Below, piece after piece: positions 49,042 through 58,470 of a stretch of 64,000 nt of DNA (positions within the stretch are counted from its first letter, which is position 1; each line of letters begins with the position of its first letter). The stretch comes from an uncultured virus (IMG/VR IMGVR_UViG_3300043468_001049). Its lineage: Duplodnaviria > Heunggongvirae > Uroviricota > Caudoviricetes. Made by a program: the position numbers and the translations under genes. Where the stretch lies: the IMG/VR virus record IMGVR_UViG_3300043468_001049; one strand, 5' to 3'. Below the pieces are notes generated by a model. It was not told the DNA's origin, did not search any database, and saw only the letters and a list, made by a program, of their open reading frames with translations.

Positions 49042-52000
49042 ATGCCAACAACATTACAATTTAGAAGATACGATACAGCAAATATTGCCAATACAACTGG
49101 TGCTGTTGGTGAAATCTTCATTGATATGGATAAAGACACTATCGTTGTTCAGGATGGTGTTACTTCTGGTGGATTTCCTCTGGCTAGAGAGTCTGCTCTT
49201 ATTTCTGCATATGGTGGTGCTAATGCAGCCTACGATCAAGCCAACAGTGCTCGAGATCAAGCCAATACTGCCAGAGACCAGGCAAATACTGCTCGAACAA
49301 CCGCCAACGATGCGTACAATACAGCAAATACAAAACTTTCAAGTTCTGGTGGAACAATCAGTGGAAATCTTGTAATTTCTGGAAATTTAGAAGTTTTAGG
49401 AAATAGCACCACACTTAATGTTGAAACTCTTCTCGTTGAAGATAATGAAATTGTTCTAAATGCGAACGTGGTCGGCGCACCATCATTAAATGCGTTCATT
49501 ACGGTAAATCGCGGATCAAATCAAAATTCAGCTCTAGTTTGGTCTGAAGTTGGAATTGGGTATTGGGGTTGGTCTGACGGTGATGGAGTTATCTACTTCG
49601 ATTCGTTAAGAGCAGCCACTGTTGCAACAAATACTGCTCTTAATCAAATAAACGCAACAATTGTCAATGTTAACACAAATGTTGCCACAGTTTATGATCA
49701 AGCAAATGCCGCTCGCAATCAAGCAAATACGGCTAACACTAATGCGAGTACCGCCAAAGGACAAGCAGATATAGCTCGAGATCAAGCGAACGTTGCTCGT
49801 ACGACTGCTAATGATTCATATGGTCAAGCGAACACTGCTAGAGACCAAGCAAACACCGCACGCGATACTGCTAATGGAGCATACGACCAAGCAAATGGTG
49901 CGTATGGTCAGGCTAACGGCGCATATGCTCATGCAAATATTGTTTACGATCAAGCGAATACTGCTCGTAATCAGGCAAATACTGCGCGAGACACAGCAAA
50001 CGGCGCATACGATCAAGCAAACGCAGCATATGGCGACGCCAATACTCGAGTGTTGAAGGCTGGCGATACAATGACTGGTGCACTAAATGTACAGTCAAAT
50101 GTAACAGCTGTTGGATTCTTGAGCAGCAAAACAACTCTTCAAGCACCAAGCACCACAAACTTTAATGGTGAACGTGTTCGTCTTTATGACTTTAACGAAG
50201 CAGGTCACCCAAACTATGCAATTGGCGTTGAAACAAACTTTATTTGGAGTGGCACAGACGAAAATAACGGTCAAACTGGTTTCGCGTGGTATGGAAATAC
50301 TACACGAAATGCTATTATGCGTTCCAATGGTACGTTGCAATTAAGCAATACTGTTGAAGCAAAAGTTATTCGCGCTAATGGTACTGGCACTGCAATTGAT
50401 GCAAGTCAAGGTAACATTCTAACAAATGAAGTCACTGGTACGAAGTTTAAATTCCTTGCTGGTGCAAATACAGTAACTGTTGATGCCTCTGGTGCTCTAG
50501 CAAATTACACATTTAATCTACCGCCAACAGGTGGTGTTGCTGGTCAAGTGCTTGAAACAGATGGTAATGGAGACACTATTTGGAGCAGTAACGTTTATTC
50601 ATTGACGAATACAGTTTATGATCAAGCAAATACTGCTAGAAACCAAGCCAATACTTCCAGAGATCAAGCAAATACTGCTAGAGATCAGGCGAATAGTGCT
50701 ACTGTTATTGGTGAGAATGCATACGCTCAAGCCAATACAGCTCGAGATATTGCCAATGCATCTTATGGTCAAGCAAATGCTGCATATGATGATGCAAATA
50801 CCAGAGTATTGAAATCTGGCGATACGATGACAGGAACATTAAATGTCGCTGCGTCATTAATCACACAGAACATTGTTCCAAATCTAAATGTAACTTACGA
50901 CATTGGTACAGCTGATAAAAGATTCAATGATCTTTATCTTTCAAACAGTTCTATCTATCTTGGTGATGCAGTTCTAACTGCAAATGGTCCAGTTCTTGTT
51001 GTTTCTGGAATTGAAATTGATGGAAGTGGAAATCTAGTTGCTGCATTCGAGTCATATAATCAAGCCAATGCTGCCAGAGATCAGGCGAATACTGCCAGAG
51101 ATACTGCGAATGGAGCATACGGTCAAGCAAATGGTGCTTATGCTCATGCAAACATCGTATACGATCAAGCAAATACTGCACGTGACGCAGCTAATGCATC
51201 TTATGGGCAAGCGAATGCCGCTAGAGATCAAGCGAATACGGCTCGCGACGTTGCCAATGCATCTTATGGACAGGCAAACACTGGAAGCACTCAAGCAACT
51301 GCCGCCAGAGATCAAGCGAACGTTGCTCGTACAACTGCAAATGATTCTTATGGACAGGCGAACACTGCTAGAGATCAGGCTAATACCGCACGCGATACTG
51401 CTAATGGAGCATACGACCAAGCAAATACTGCTCGTGACACTGCAAACAGTGCTTACAATGCAGCAAATAACGCACAAGTAACTGTTTACGCAAACAGTGC
51501 TTCTGATGTCACAACTCAGAAAATCAACTTTGTTAATACCTCCACGATTACCGTATCAGTAACAAATAGTGCTGGGAATGCAAACATTGCATTCACGGCA
51601 ACTGGTGGTGCTGCTTACGATCAAGCCAATGCTGCTTACGATCAAGCAAACACTGCACGTAGTACTGCAAATGATTCTTATGGACAAGCAAACACTGCTC
51701 GCGATGTAGCAAATGCTTCTTATGGTCAAGCAAATACCGCCAACACCAATGCATTGAATGCTTATGATCAAGCAAATACTGCCAGAGACCAAGCGAATAC
51801 TGCTCGAACAACAGCTAATGATTCATATGCTCAAGCGAATACCGCTCGCAATACTGCAAACGACTCATATAGCCAGGCAAATACTGCTCGCAACACTGCT
51901 AATGATTCGTATGGACAAGCCAATACTGCTAGAGATACAGCCAATGGTGCGTATGGACAAGCGAATACTGCTCGTGATACAGCCAATGATGCTTATGGTC

Positions 52001-54435
52001 AAGCAAATACCGCTAGAGATCAGGCAAATACTGCTCGCAATACCGCAAATGGTGCATATGGTCAAGCGAACACTGCTCGTGATACAGCGAATTCTGGATA
52101 TGGGCAAGCAAACTCTGCGCGCGATCAAGCCAATACTGCTCGAGCAACAGCAAATGATGCTTACGGTGCAGCAAACACTAAATTGTCGACTTCTGGTGGA
52201 TCTATCAGCGGAGACTTGACAATTTCTGGTAATCTTGTTATTCAAGGTAATGCAACGACGATCAATGTCAGCAGCTTGTCAGTTAATGACTCTATAATTT
52301 TGTTGTCAGCAAATAGTACTGGTGACGCAGAGGATATTGGTTTTGTTGGACATTATACTAATGGCGCGACAAATACTCACGCTGGTTTCTTCAGAAAAGC
52401 AACAGAAAATCAATTTTATGTCTTTGACAATTATGAAACTGAACCAACAAATAATGTCATTGATATTGCAAATAATAATTTTAGAATTGGTAATGTTAGA
52501 CTTGGAATTTTAAATGCGAATAGCGTTTTGTTGCTCGGCAATTCAGTTGCAACTCAAGCAAATCTAACATTGGCTTACAATCAAGCCAATAGCGCAAGAG
52601 ACCAAGCCAACACCGCTCGCACGACTGCAAACGATGCATATGCAGAGGCAAATAGTGCGGAAACAATTGCGCTCAATTCATATGGTCAAGCCAATACTGC
52701 TCGCGATCAAGCGAATACTGCTCGTAATACAGCGAATTCTGGATATGGTCAAGCCAATACCGCACGTGACACTGCAAATGGCGCTTATGGTCAGGCTAAC
52801 GGCGCATATGCTCAGGCAAACACTGCTCGCGATCAGGCAAACACTGCTCGCGATCAGGCAAACACTGCTCGTACGACTGCAAATGATTCATACGCTCAAG
52901 CGAATACTGCAAGAAATACTGCAAATGATGCATATGCTGGTGCTAATACGGCAAATACCAATGCATTGAATGCTTATGCTCAAGCCAATAACGCTAGAGA
53001 TCAGGCAAACACTGCTCGCACTACAGCCAATGATGCTTATGGTCAAGCAAATACCGCTAGAGATCAGGCAAATACTGCTCGCACTCAAGCAAATACTGCT
53101 TACGCTCAAGCCAATGGTGCTTATGCCCATGCGAACATTGTTTATGCTCAAGCAAATACAGCATACGATCAAGCAAATTCTGCTCGTAACCAGGCAAATA
53201 CAGCAAGAGATACTGGCAACAATGCATACGGTCAGGCAAATACTGCTCGTGACCAAGCAAATACTGCTCGAACAACCGCCAACGATGCGTACATTCAAGC
53301 AAATTCAAATTACCAGCCAGCAGTCACAAGGCTGAATGTGACAAATAGTGGAACATCTGATTATTTGTTTGATCAATACTCAGGCGGTGATCCAACACTT
53401 TATGTCCGTGCTGGTGAAACTATTGCATTTAATTTAAACGTTTCAGGACATCCATTCTTAATTCGTGTTTCAAGTGGTGGAGCGTTATATAACACTGGAC
53501 TTACTCACGTTGCAACAAACGGAACTGTGTCCACTGAAGGCAGTGCTCAGGCTAAAGAAAGTGGAACATTATATTGGAAGGTTCCATATAACTTACTTGG
53601 AAACACTTACGTTTATCAATGTCAAGTTCATGCTGGAATGGTTGGCAATATTGTAATTGAACCACCTGGAACAATTGCATATGCACAAGCCAACGCTGCG
53701 TATGGGCAAGCAAACTCAGCCAGAGATCAAGCAAATACCGCTCGTACTCAAGCAAACACAGCACGCGATACTGCAAATGCTGCGTATGGACAAGCGAACA
53801 CGGCTCGTGACACAGCGAATGCTGCTTACGGCGCAGCAAATACAGCTGGTACAAATGCGCTAAACGCATACGAACAAGCAAATACCGCTAGAGGTCAAGC
53901 GAATACTGCTAGAGACCAAGCAAACACCGCTCGTACTCAAGCGAATACGGCTTACGGACAAGCCAACGCCGCCTATGGTCAAGCGAATGCTGCTTATGGT
54001 CAAGCGAATTCTGCTTATGGTGCAGCAAACAATGCAGTATTGAAGGCTGGCGACACCATGACTGGTGTGTTGGTTGTTCCAGGTATTCGTAATTCAGGTA
54101 ACTTGATTCTTGGTACTGTTGCAAATACAAATACCAATGGCGCCAATACATTGAATCTTGCTCAATCAAACTTCTTTACAAGAACTTTGACAGCAAACTC
54201 CACGATCACCTTCTCAAATGCTCCAGCAAGTGGCAACTCGCAGTCGTTCACGCTTGTTATTGTTCAAGATGGTGTGGGTAATCGCGGCATAACTTGGGCA
54301 AATACGATTTATTGGGCAGGTGGCGAAGTTCCTCCGCAAACTTTGACAGCAAACTACCGAGACGTTTGGCAGTTTGCGACATATGATGGTGGATCAACCT
54401 ACTTTGGAACTTTGGCTATTAAGGATGCACGCTAA
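49042..54435 (+). CDS. long fibre protein: Mtd_N-like N-terminus, heptad stalks, cupredoxin-like domain, C-terminal fibre domain
   Basis: LQFRR...GA.GEI.ID.DK...VV.DG.T.GG.PL; many ANTARDQ heptads; HPF...YQCQVHAGMVG; QDG.G.R.ITW...W.GG..P. Confidence 0.85.
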   Translation: MPTTLQFRRYDTANIANTTGAVGEIFIDMDKDTIVVQDGVTSGGFPLARESALISAYGGANAAYDQANSARDQANTARDQANTARTTANDAYNTANTKLSSSGGTISGNLVISGNLEVLGNSTTLNVETLLVEDNEIVLNANVVGAPSLNAFITVNRGSNQNSALVWSEVGIGYWGWSDGDGVIYFDSLRAATVATNTALNQINATIVNVNTNVATVYDQANAARNQANTANTNASTAKGQADIARDQANVARTTANDSYGQANTARDQANTARDTANGAYDQANGAYGQANGAYAHANIVYDQANTARNQANTARDTANGAYDQANAAYGDANTRVLKAGDTMTGALNVQSNVTAVGFLSSKTTLQAPSTTNFNGERVRLYDFNEAGHPNYAIGVETNFIWSGTDENNGQTGFAWYGNTTRNAIMRSNGTLQLSNTVEAKVIRANGTGTAIDASQGNILTNEVTGTKFKFLAGANTVTVDASGALANYTFNLPPTGGVAGQVLETDGNGDTIWSSNVYSLTNTVYDQANTARNQANTSRDQANTARDQANSATVIGENAYAQANTARDIANASYGQANAAYDDANTRVLKSGDTMTGTLNVAASLITQNIVPNLNVTYDIGTADKRFNDLYLSNSSIYLGDAVLTANGPVLVVSGIEIDGSGNLVAAFESYNQANAARDQANTARDTANGAYGQANGAYAHANIVYDQANTARDAANASYGQANAARDQANTARDVANASYGQANTGSTQATAARDQANVARTTANDSYGQANTARDQANTARDTANGAYDQANTARDTANSAYNAANNAQVTVYANSASDVTTQKINFVNTSTITVSVTNSAGNANIAFTATGGAAYDQANAAYDQANTARSTANDSYGQANTARDVANASYGQANTANTNALNAYDQANTARDQANTARTTANDSYAQANTARNTANDSYSQANTARNTANDSYGQANTARDTANGAYGQANTARDTANDAYGQANTARDQANTARNTANGAYGQANTARDTANSGYGQANSARDQANTARATANDAYGAANTKLSTSGGSISGDLTISGNLVIQGNATTINVSSLSVNDSIILLSANSTGDAEDIGFVGHYTNGATNTHAGFFRKATENQFYVFDNYETEPTNNVIDIANNNFRIGNVRLGILNANSVLLLGNSVATQANLTLAYNQANSARDQANTARTTANDAYAEANSAETIALNSYGQANTARDQANTARNTANSGYGQANTARDTANGAYGQANGAYAQANTARDQANTARDQANTARTTANDSYAQANTARNTANDAYAGANTANTNALNAYAQANNARDQANTARTTANDAYGQANTARDQANTARTQANTAYAQANGAYAHANIVYAQANTAYDQANSARNQANTARDTGNNAYGQANTARDQANTARTTANDAYIQANSNYQPAVTRLNVTNSGTSDYLFDQYSGGDPTLYVRAGETIAFNLNVSGHPFLIRVSSGGALYNTGLTHVATNGTVSTEGSAQAKESGTLYWKVPYNLLGNTYVYQCQVHAGMVGNIVIEPPGTIAYAQANAAYGQANSARDQANTARTQANTARDTANAAYGQANTARDTANAAYGAANTAGTNALNAYEQANTARGQANTARDQANTARTQANTAYGQANAAYGQANAAYGQANSAYGAANNAVLKAGDTMTGVLVVPGIRNSGNLILGTVANTNTNGANTLNLAQSNFFTRTLTANSTITFSNAPASGNSQSFTLVIVQDGVGNRGITWANTIYWAGGEVPPQTLTANYRDVWQFATYDGGSTYFGTLAIKDAR

Positions 54436-54467
54436 ATAAATTATAATTAACGATATGTGATTTTATT

Positions 54468-55481
54468 ATGAAGATACATGTACTTGCTATTCCAACCAAG
54501 CCAACTGGTTTAATGGATCGCATGGAAGCATTTTCCGTGCATGCCTACAAATACATTAAACATCTCTCACCTCATTTTGAAATGATTCATTATGGGCTTG
54601 AGGGATCTACAGTTGATTGTAGACATATTGATGTTGCAGCGCATGACAATAATGATCTTGAAAAATTCAATCGATCTGCTGCTCAAGCAATACAAAAGAA
54701 TAAATCGCCTGGTGATATTATTGCCTGCTTCTATGGCACAGAAAATCAACTGGCATGCGATTTAAATTCAGATTGTCAATCTCTTGAGCCATCAATTGGT
54801 TATAGAACCAGCTGTGTGTTTGCCAAATATAAAGCATTCACATCATACGCTCACATGCATATGTTTTATGGCGAGCGAAATATGGTAAACAACCCTTCTT
54901 GGTATGATACAGTAATTCCAAATCCATTTACTATTTCTGAATTCGATTATCAATCTAAAAAACATGACTACTATGTTTGCATGGGCAGAGTTGTTCCAGA
55001 AAAGGGTATACATTTGGCAATTCAAGCGACGCAACAACTTAATCGTAAACTTGTAATCGCAGGACCAGCAACAGATTTAAAACATTTAGGATACGATAAA
55101 ATTCCAGACCACGTTGAATTGGTTGGTTATCTAGAACCGAAAAAGAGAAATGAATTGCTTGGTAGAGCAAAGGCACTTTTAGGTCTAACTTATTATGTTG
55201 AGCCATTTGGAAATATGGTTATTGAAGCAAATTTGTGCGGCACTCCAGTAATTACAACAGATTGGGGTGCATTTCCAGAAACCGTATTTGAAGGAAAAAC
55301 TGGATATAGAGTTAATGATTTTAAATCGTTGATTCAAGCCATGATTAATGTTGAAAGCGGTGTAATGATTAATCCTCGCGATTGTAGATTTTGGGGAGAA
55401 AGATTCTCAGATGAAATCGTTCATGAAAAACATAAAGCCTATCTAGAAAAAATTATAACAAATAATTTTTATGCGCTCTAA
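54468..55481 (+). CDS. GT-B (family 4) glycosyltransferase
   Basis: MGRVVPEKG, EPFGNMVIEANLCGTPVITTDWGAFPE. Confidence 0.9.
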   Translation: MKIHVLAIPTKPTGLMDRMEAFSVHAYKYIKHLSPHFEMIHYGLEGSTVDCRHIDVAAHDNNDLEKFNRSAAQAIQKNKSPGDIIACFYGTENQLACDLNSDCQSLEPSIGYRTSCVFAKYKAFTSYAHMHMFYGERNMVNNPSWYDTVIPNPFTISEFDYQSKKHDYYVCMGRVVPEKGIHLAIQATQQLNRKLVIAGPATDLKHLGYDKIPDHVELVGYLEPKKRNELLGRAKALLGLTYYVEPFGNMVIEANLCGTPVITTDWGAFPETVFEGKTGYRVNDFKSLIQAMINVESGVMINPRDCRFWGERFSDEIVHEKHKAYLEKIITNNFYAL

Positions 55482-56220
55482 ACTATTTGTAATCACCTCT
55501 GTAATTGAACCGACTGCAGCACCATTAACATATAGTAATAGTCGCTCATTTTTTACAACGGAAGAAAGACTTCGGCAAACGTTTTCTACAGTAAATAGTA
55601 TTCAAAATGCTTTTCCTGATGCAAATATTGTATTGCTAGATGGCTCAAATACAAATTTCTCAGGATATTTTGGTTATATCAAAAACTTTAAATATGTCTC
55701 ATTAAAAGAAATAGACTCTGATGTTTGCGAGATTGTAAATAATCATAAACATAAATCATATTGTGAATGTCTTATGCTTAAAACATTCTACGAGAAATTT
55801 AAAGATTATATTCTTGAGCATGACTATACGTTTAAAGTTAGTGGAAGATATCTTGTTTTTGATATGAACAATCATTTGTTTACGGAAGAAAACAAAAACA
55901 AAATCTTTTTTAAGAATAAATTGATTCATGAATGGCAAGATTATTGGGGATATAATTACGTTGATCGGAGAGAGCAACAACAGAATAATAAGTTGTATCA
56001 ATACTCTACCGTATTATATGGATTTGGAACTCAACAATTAGATACTTTTATTGAGTTGCATAATAAAACGATTGATTTTTTATCTGATTCGAATAATCAT
56101 CATTTTGATATGGAAACATTATTCTATTTTTATATGAGAGATCATGAAGATAAAATAATCGAAACAGATTGGAGAGTTTCGGGATGGCTAGGACCGTGCG
56201 GAACATTTGTGTTCTATTGA
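55471..56220 (+). CDS. hypothetical protein, glycosyltransferase-like
   Basis: VITS, ERL.QT..T..SI, K...E, FK.SGRY motifs; AT-rich. Confidence 0.55.
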   Translation: MRSKLFVITSVIEPTAAPLTYSNSRSFFTTEERLRQTFSTVNSIQNAFPDANIVLLDGSNTNFSGYFGYIKNFKYVSLKEIDSDVCEIVNNHKHKSYCECLMLKTFYEKFKDYILEHDYTFKVSGRYLVFDMNNHLFTEENKNKIFFKNKLIHEWQDYWGYNYVDRREQQQNNKLYQYSTVLYGFGTQQLDTFIELHNKTIDFLSDSNNHHFDMETLFYFYMRDHEDKIIETDWRVSGWLGPCGTFVFY

Positions 56221-56229
56221 GGTAATATT

Positions 56230-56778
56230 ATGAAAGTAAATCTTATTATTGTAGACAATTTTTATATCAATCCAGATTCGGTTCGAAGTTATGCTCTTTC
56301 TCAGCCATTTGGAGTCATCGGAAACTACCCTGGAAAGAGAACTGCTCCTTATTTGGGAGATGATGTGAAAAATGCTATCCAATCAATCGTTTATAATGCA
56401 GGTGGAAAGGTTACAGATTGGCTAGAAAATAGTGGATATGATGGTGCTTTTCAAATTTGCACATCTCAAGATAGAACGTGGATTCATGCTGATACTTACA
56501 ATACTTGGGCTGGAGTTTGTTATTTAAATCCTGATCCACCACTATCCTCTGGAACGGCACTCTATCGCTATAAAGAAACGAAAGAGTATGTAAAAACAAA
56601 CAATGATTACGACGGATATGATTATACCAAGTGGGAGATGACCGATTATGTCTCTAACAGATATAATCGGTTAGTTTTGTATCGCGGTGCGCTATATCAC
56701 TGCTCTCATCACTATTTCGGCACTAATATTTACGATGGACGCCTATTCCAGACCTTCTTCTTCAATACAGAATTTTAA
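56230..56778 (+). CDS. 2OG-Fe(II) oxygenase-like protein (DUF6445-like)
   Basis: IVDNFY.NP, YPG.RT, WIHAD, W.GV.YL.P, GT..Y, YNRLV.Y....H, RL.Q.FF. Confidence 0.75.
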   Translation: MKVNLIIVDNFYINPDSVRSYALSQPFGVIGNYPGKRTAPYLGDDVKNAIQSIVYNAGGKVTDWLENSGYDGAFQICTSQDRTWIHADTYNTWAGVCYLNPDPPLSSGTALYRYKETKEYVKTNNDYDGYDYTKWEMTDYVSNRYNRLVLYRGALYHCSHHYFGTNIYDGRLFQTFFFNTEF

Positions 56779-56822
56779 ATTTGTAGAATCGACTAAATAT
56801 ATCGATAGCAGAGAGGTTTCAA

Positions 56823-57584
56823 ATGGCGCAGCCTTCCACACGCACAGAATTAAAAGACTATTGTCTTCGAAAACTCGGATTCCCAGTTATTGATATTAAC
56901 GTTGATGACGATCAGCTCGAAGATCGTATTGACGATGCATTACAACAATTTCGAAACTATCATTTCGACGGAATTGAGAGAACTTGGTTAGCGCACCAGC
57001 TAACCGCAGGAGATATTACGAACAAATATGTTCAACTTGCTGACTCTATTATCGGAGTTTCAAAAGTATTTCCATATACTGGATCTACTCAATCTTCAAC
57101 ATCATCAGCAGGATTTAACATTTTTGATATTAATTATCAGCTTCGTCTTAATGACTTCTACAATCTAACATCTTCTTCCTACACTTATTATGTCATTGCT
57201 CGCGAGCATCTCTCAATGCTTGATATGATTATTACAGGCGAATATCCATATACTTTTAACAAAGTAACTGGAAAATTAAATTTTCAAATTGATATGGATA
57301 ATCGATTTAAACCTGGAAACTACATGGTGTTTGAGTGCCTTAGAGTTGTTGATGCAGAAGCCTACAGCAAAGTTTTTAATGATCTTTGGCTCAAAGCATA
57401 TACAACTCAATTGTTTAAACGTCAATGGGGCGAAAACTTGAAGAAGTATGATAATTACGTTCTTCCAGGTGGTCTAGTTATAAATGGTCAGAGAATTTGG
57501 GACGAAGCATCAATTGAAGTTGAAAAACTCGAAGAAAAACTTCGTGATACTTACGAAGAACCAATTCCATTTTTAGTAGGCTAA
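56823..57584 (+). CDS. 13: neck protein gp13
   Basis: LKDYCLRKLG.PVI.INVDDDQ..DRID, KRQWG.NL.KY....LPGG. Confidence 0.93.
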   Translation: MAQPSTRTELKDYCLRKLGFPVIDINVDDDQLEDRIDDALQQFRNYHFDGIERTWLAHQLTAGDITNKYVQLADSIIGVSKVFPYTGSTQSSTSSAGFNIFDINYQLRLNDFYNLTSSSYTYYVIAREHLSMLDMIITGEYPYTFNKVTGKLNFQIDMDNRFKPGNYMVFECLRVVDAEAYSKVFNDLWLKAYTTQLFKRQWGENLKKYDNYVLPGGLVINGQRIWDEASIEVEKLEEKLRDTYEEPIPFLVG

Positions 57585-57585
57585 A

Positions 57586-58470
57586 ATGGCAACAAGTGTC
57601 TATTTTAATAATCAAGATGCAAGAACAGAACAATTTTTGCTTGAAGATTTGATCATTGAATCAATTCGAAATCACGGAATAGATGTATATTATATTCCAA
57701 GATATTCACAATCTTCTACTGATGAACTATTTGGTGATGATCCCGTTAAAACGTTCACTGGTGCATATAAAATGGAAATGTATCTTGAAACGTTTAAAGA
57801 TTATGAGGGCAACAAAGAATTTTACTCTAAATTTGGTTTAGAAATTCAAGAAACTGCTCGTGTATGTGTTGCTCGTAGAACATTTGAAAAGTATGTCACA
57901 TCAATTGTTGGTTCGCGCGCAAATACACCAAAAGAAGGCGATTTAATTTATCTTCCTGTTCAATTTAAATTGATGGAAATTAAATTCGTGGAAGAAGAAA
58001 AAAACTTTTTCCAGTTAGGTAAAGACGCTAAAAATCCATACATGTATGGGTTAACAGTTGAGGCGTTTAAGTATAATGGCGAATTACTTCAAACTGGTGT
58101 TGATGCAATTGATCGTATTGCAGATTTACAAGCTGTCACTGTCAATTATACAATGCAAGCTGGTGGAACAGGAACATATCAAGACTTTGAATGGGCATAT
58201 CAGGGGTCATCTCTTGCAACAGCCACAGCAAAGGGTGTTGTTGCTTCGTGGGACAAACCAACTCGTATTTTAGAATTGAGAAATATCAAAGGCTCGTTTA
58301 CAAACAACGTTGCAATAATTGGCGAATCGAGCGGTGCTTCTTGGATACACACCACTTCTGATCCAATGCAAAATGGAAATGACACAAGTATGCAAGATAA
58401 TTATCGCATGGAAACCGAAGCAGACAACATCATTGACTTCTCTGAAGTCAATCCATTTGGTGAACCATAA
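57586..58470 (+). CDS. 14: neck protein gp14
   Basis: EQ.L.EDLI.ESI...G.DVYY.PR, SKFGLEI, P.EGDLIY, DFSE.NPFG. Confidence 0.93.
   Translation: MATSVYFNNQDARTEQFLLEDLIIESIRNHGIDVYYIPRYSQSSTDELFGDDPVKTFTGAYKMEMYLETFKDYEGNKEFYSKFGLEIQETARVCVARRTFEKYVTSIVGSRANTPKEGDLIYLPVQFKLMEIKFVEEEKNFFQLGKDAKNPYMYGLTVEAFKYNGELLQTGVDAIDRIADLQAVTVNYTMQAGGTGTYQDFEWAYQGSSLATATAKGVVASWDKPTRILELRNIKGSFTNNVAIIGESSGASWIHTTSDPMQNGNDTSMQDNYRMETEADNIIDFSEVNPFGEP

Noticed and set aside
49042..49200. Diversity-generating retroelement target, suggested by the Mtd_N-like domain
   Set aside because: This N-terminal domain is a generic fibre attachment module; no TR/VR pair or RT seen
46500..54030. Antifreeze or ice-binding function of the Ala/Thr-rich repeats
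   Set aside because: The periodicity is 7 with fibre neck motifs, not the 11-residue Thr spacing of type I antifreeze proteins
35780..54169. Many alternative-frame and antisense ORFs over the repeat genes
   Set aside because: They are shadows of low-complexity codon repeats lacking stops; no RBS or recognisable domains
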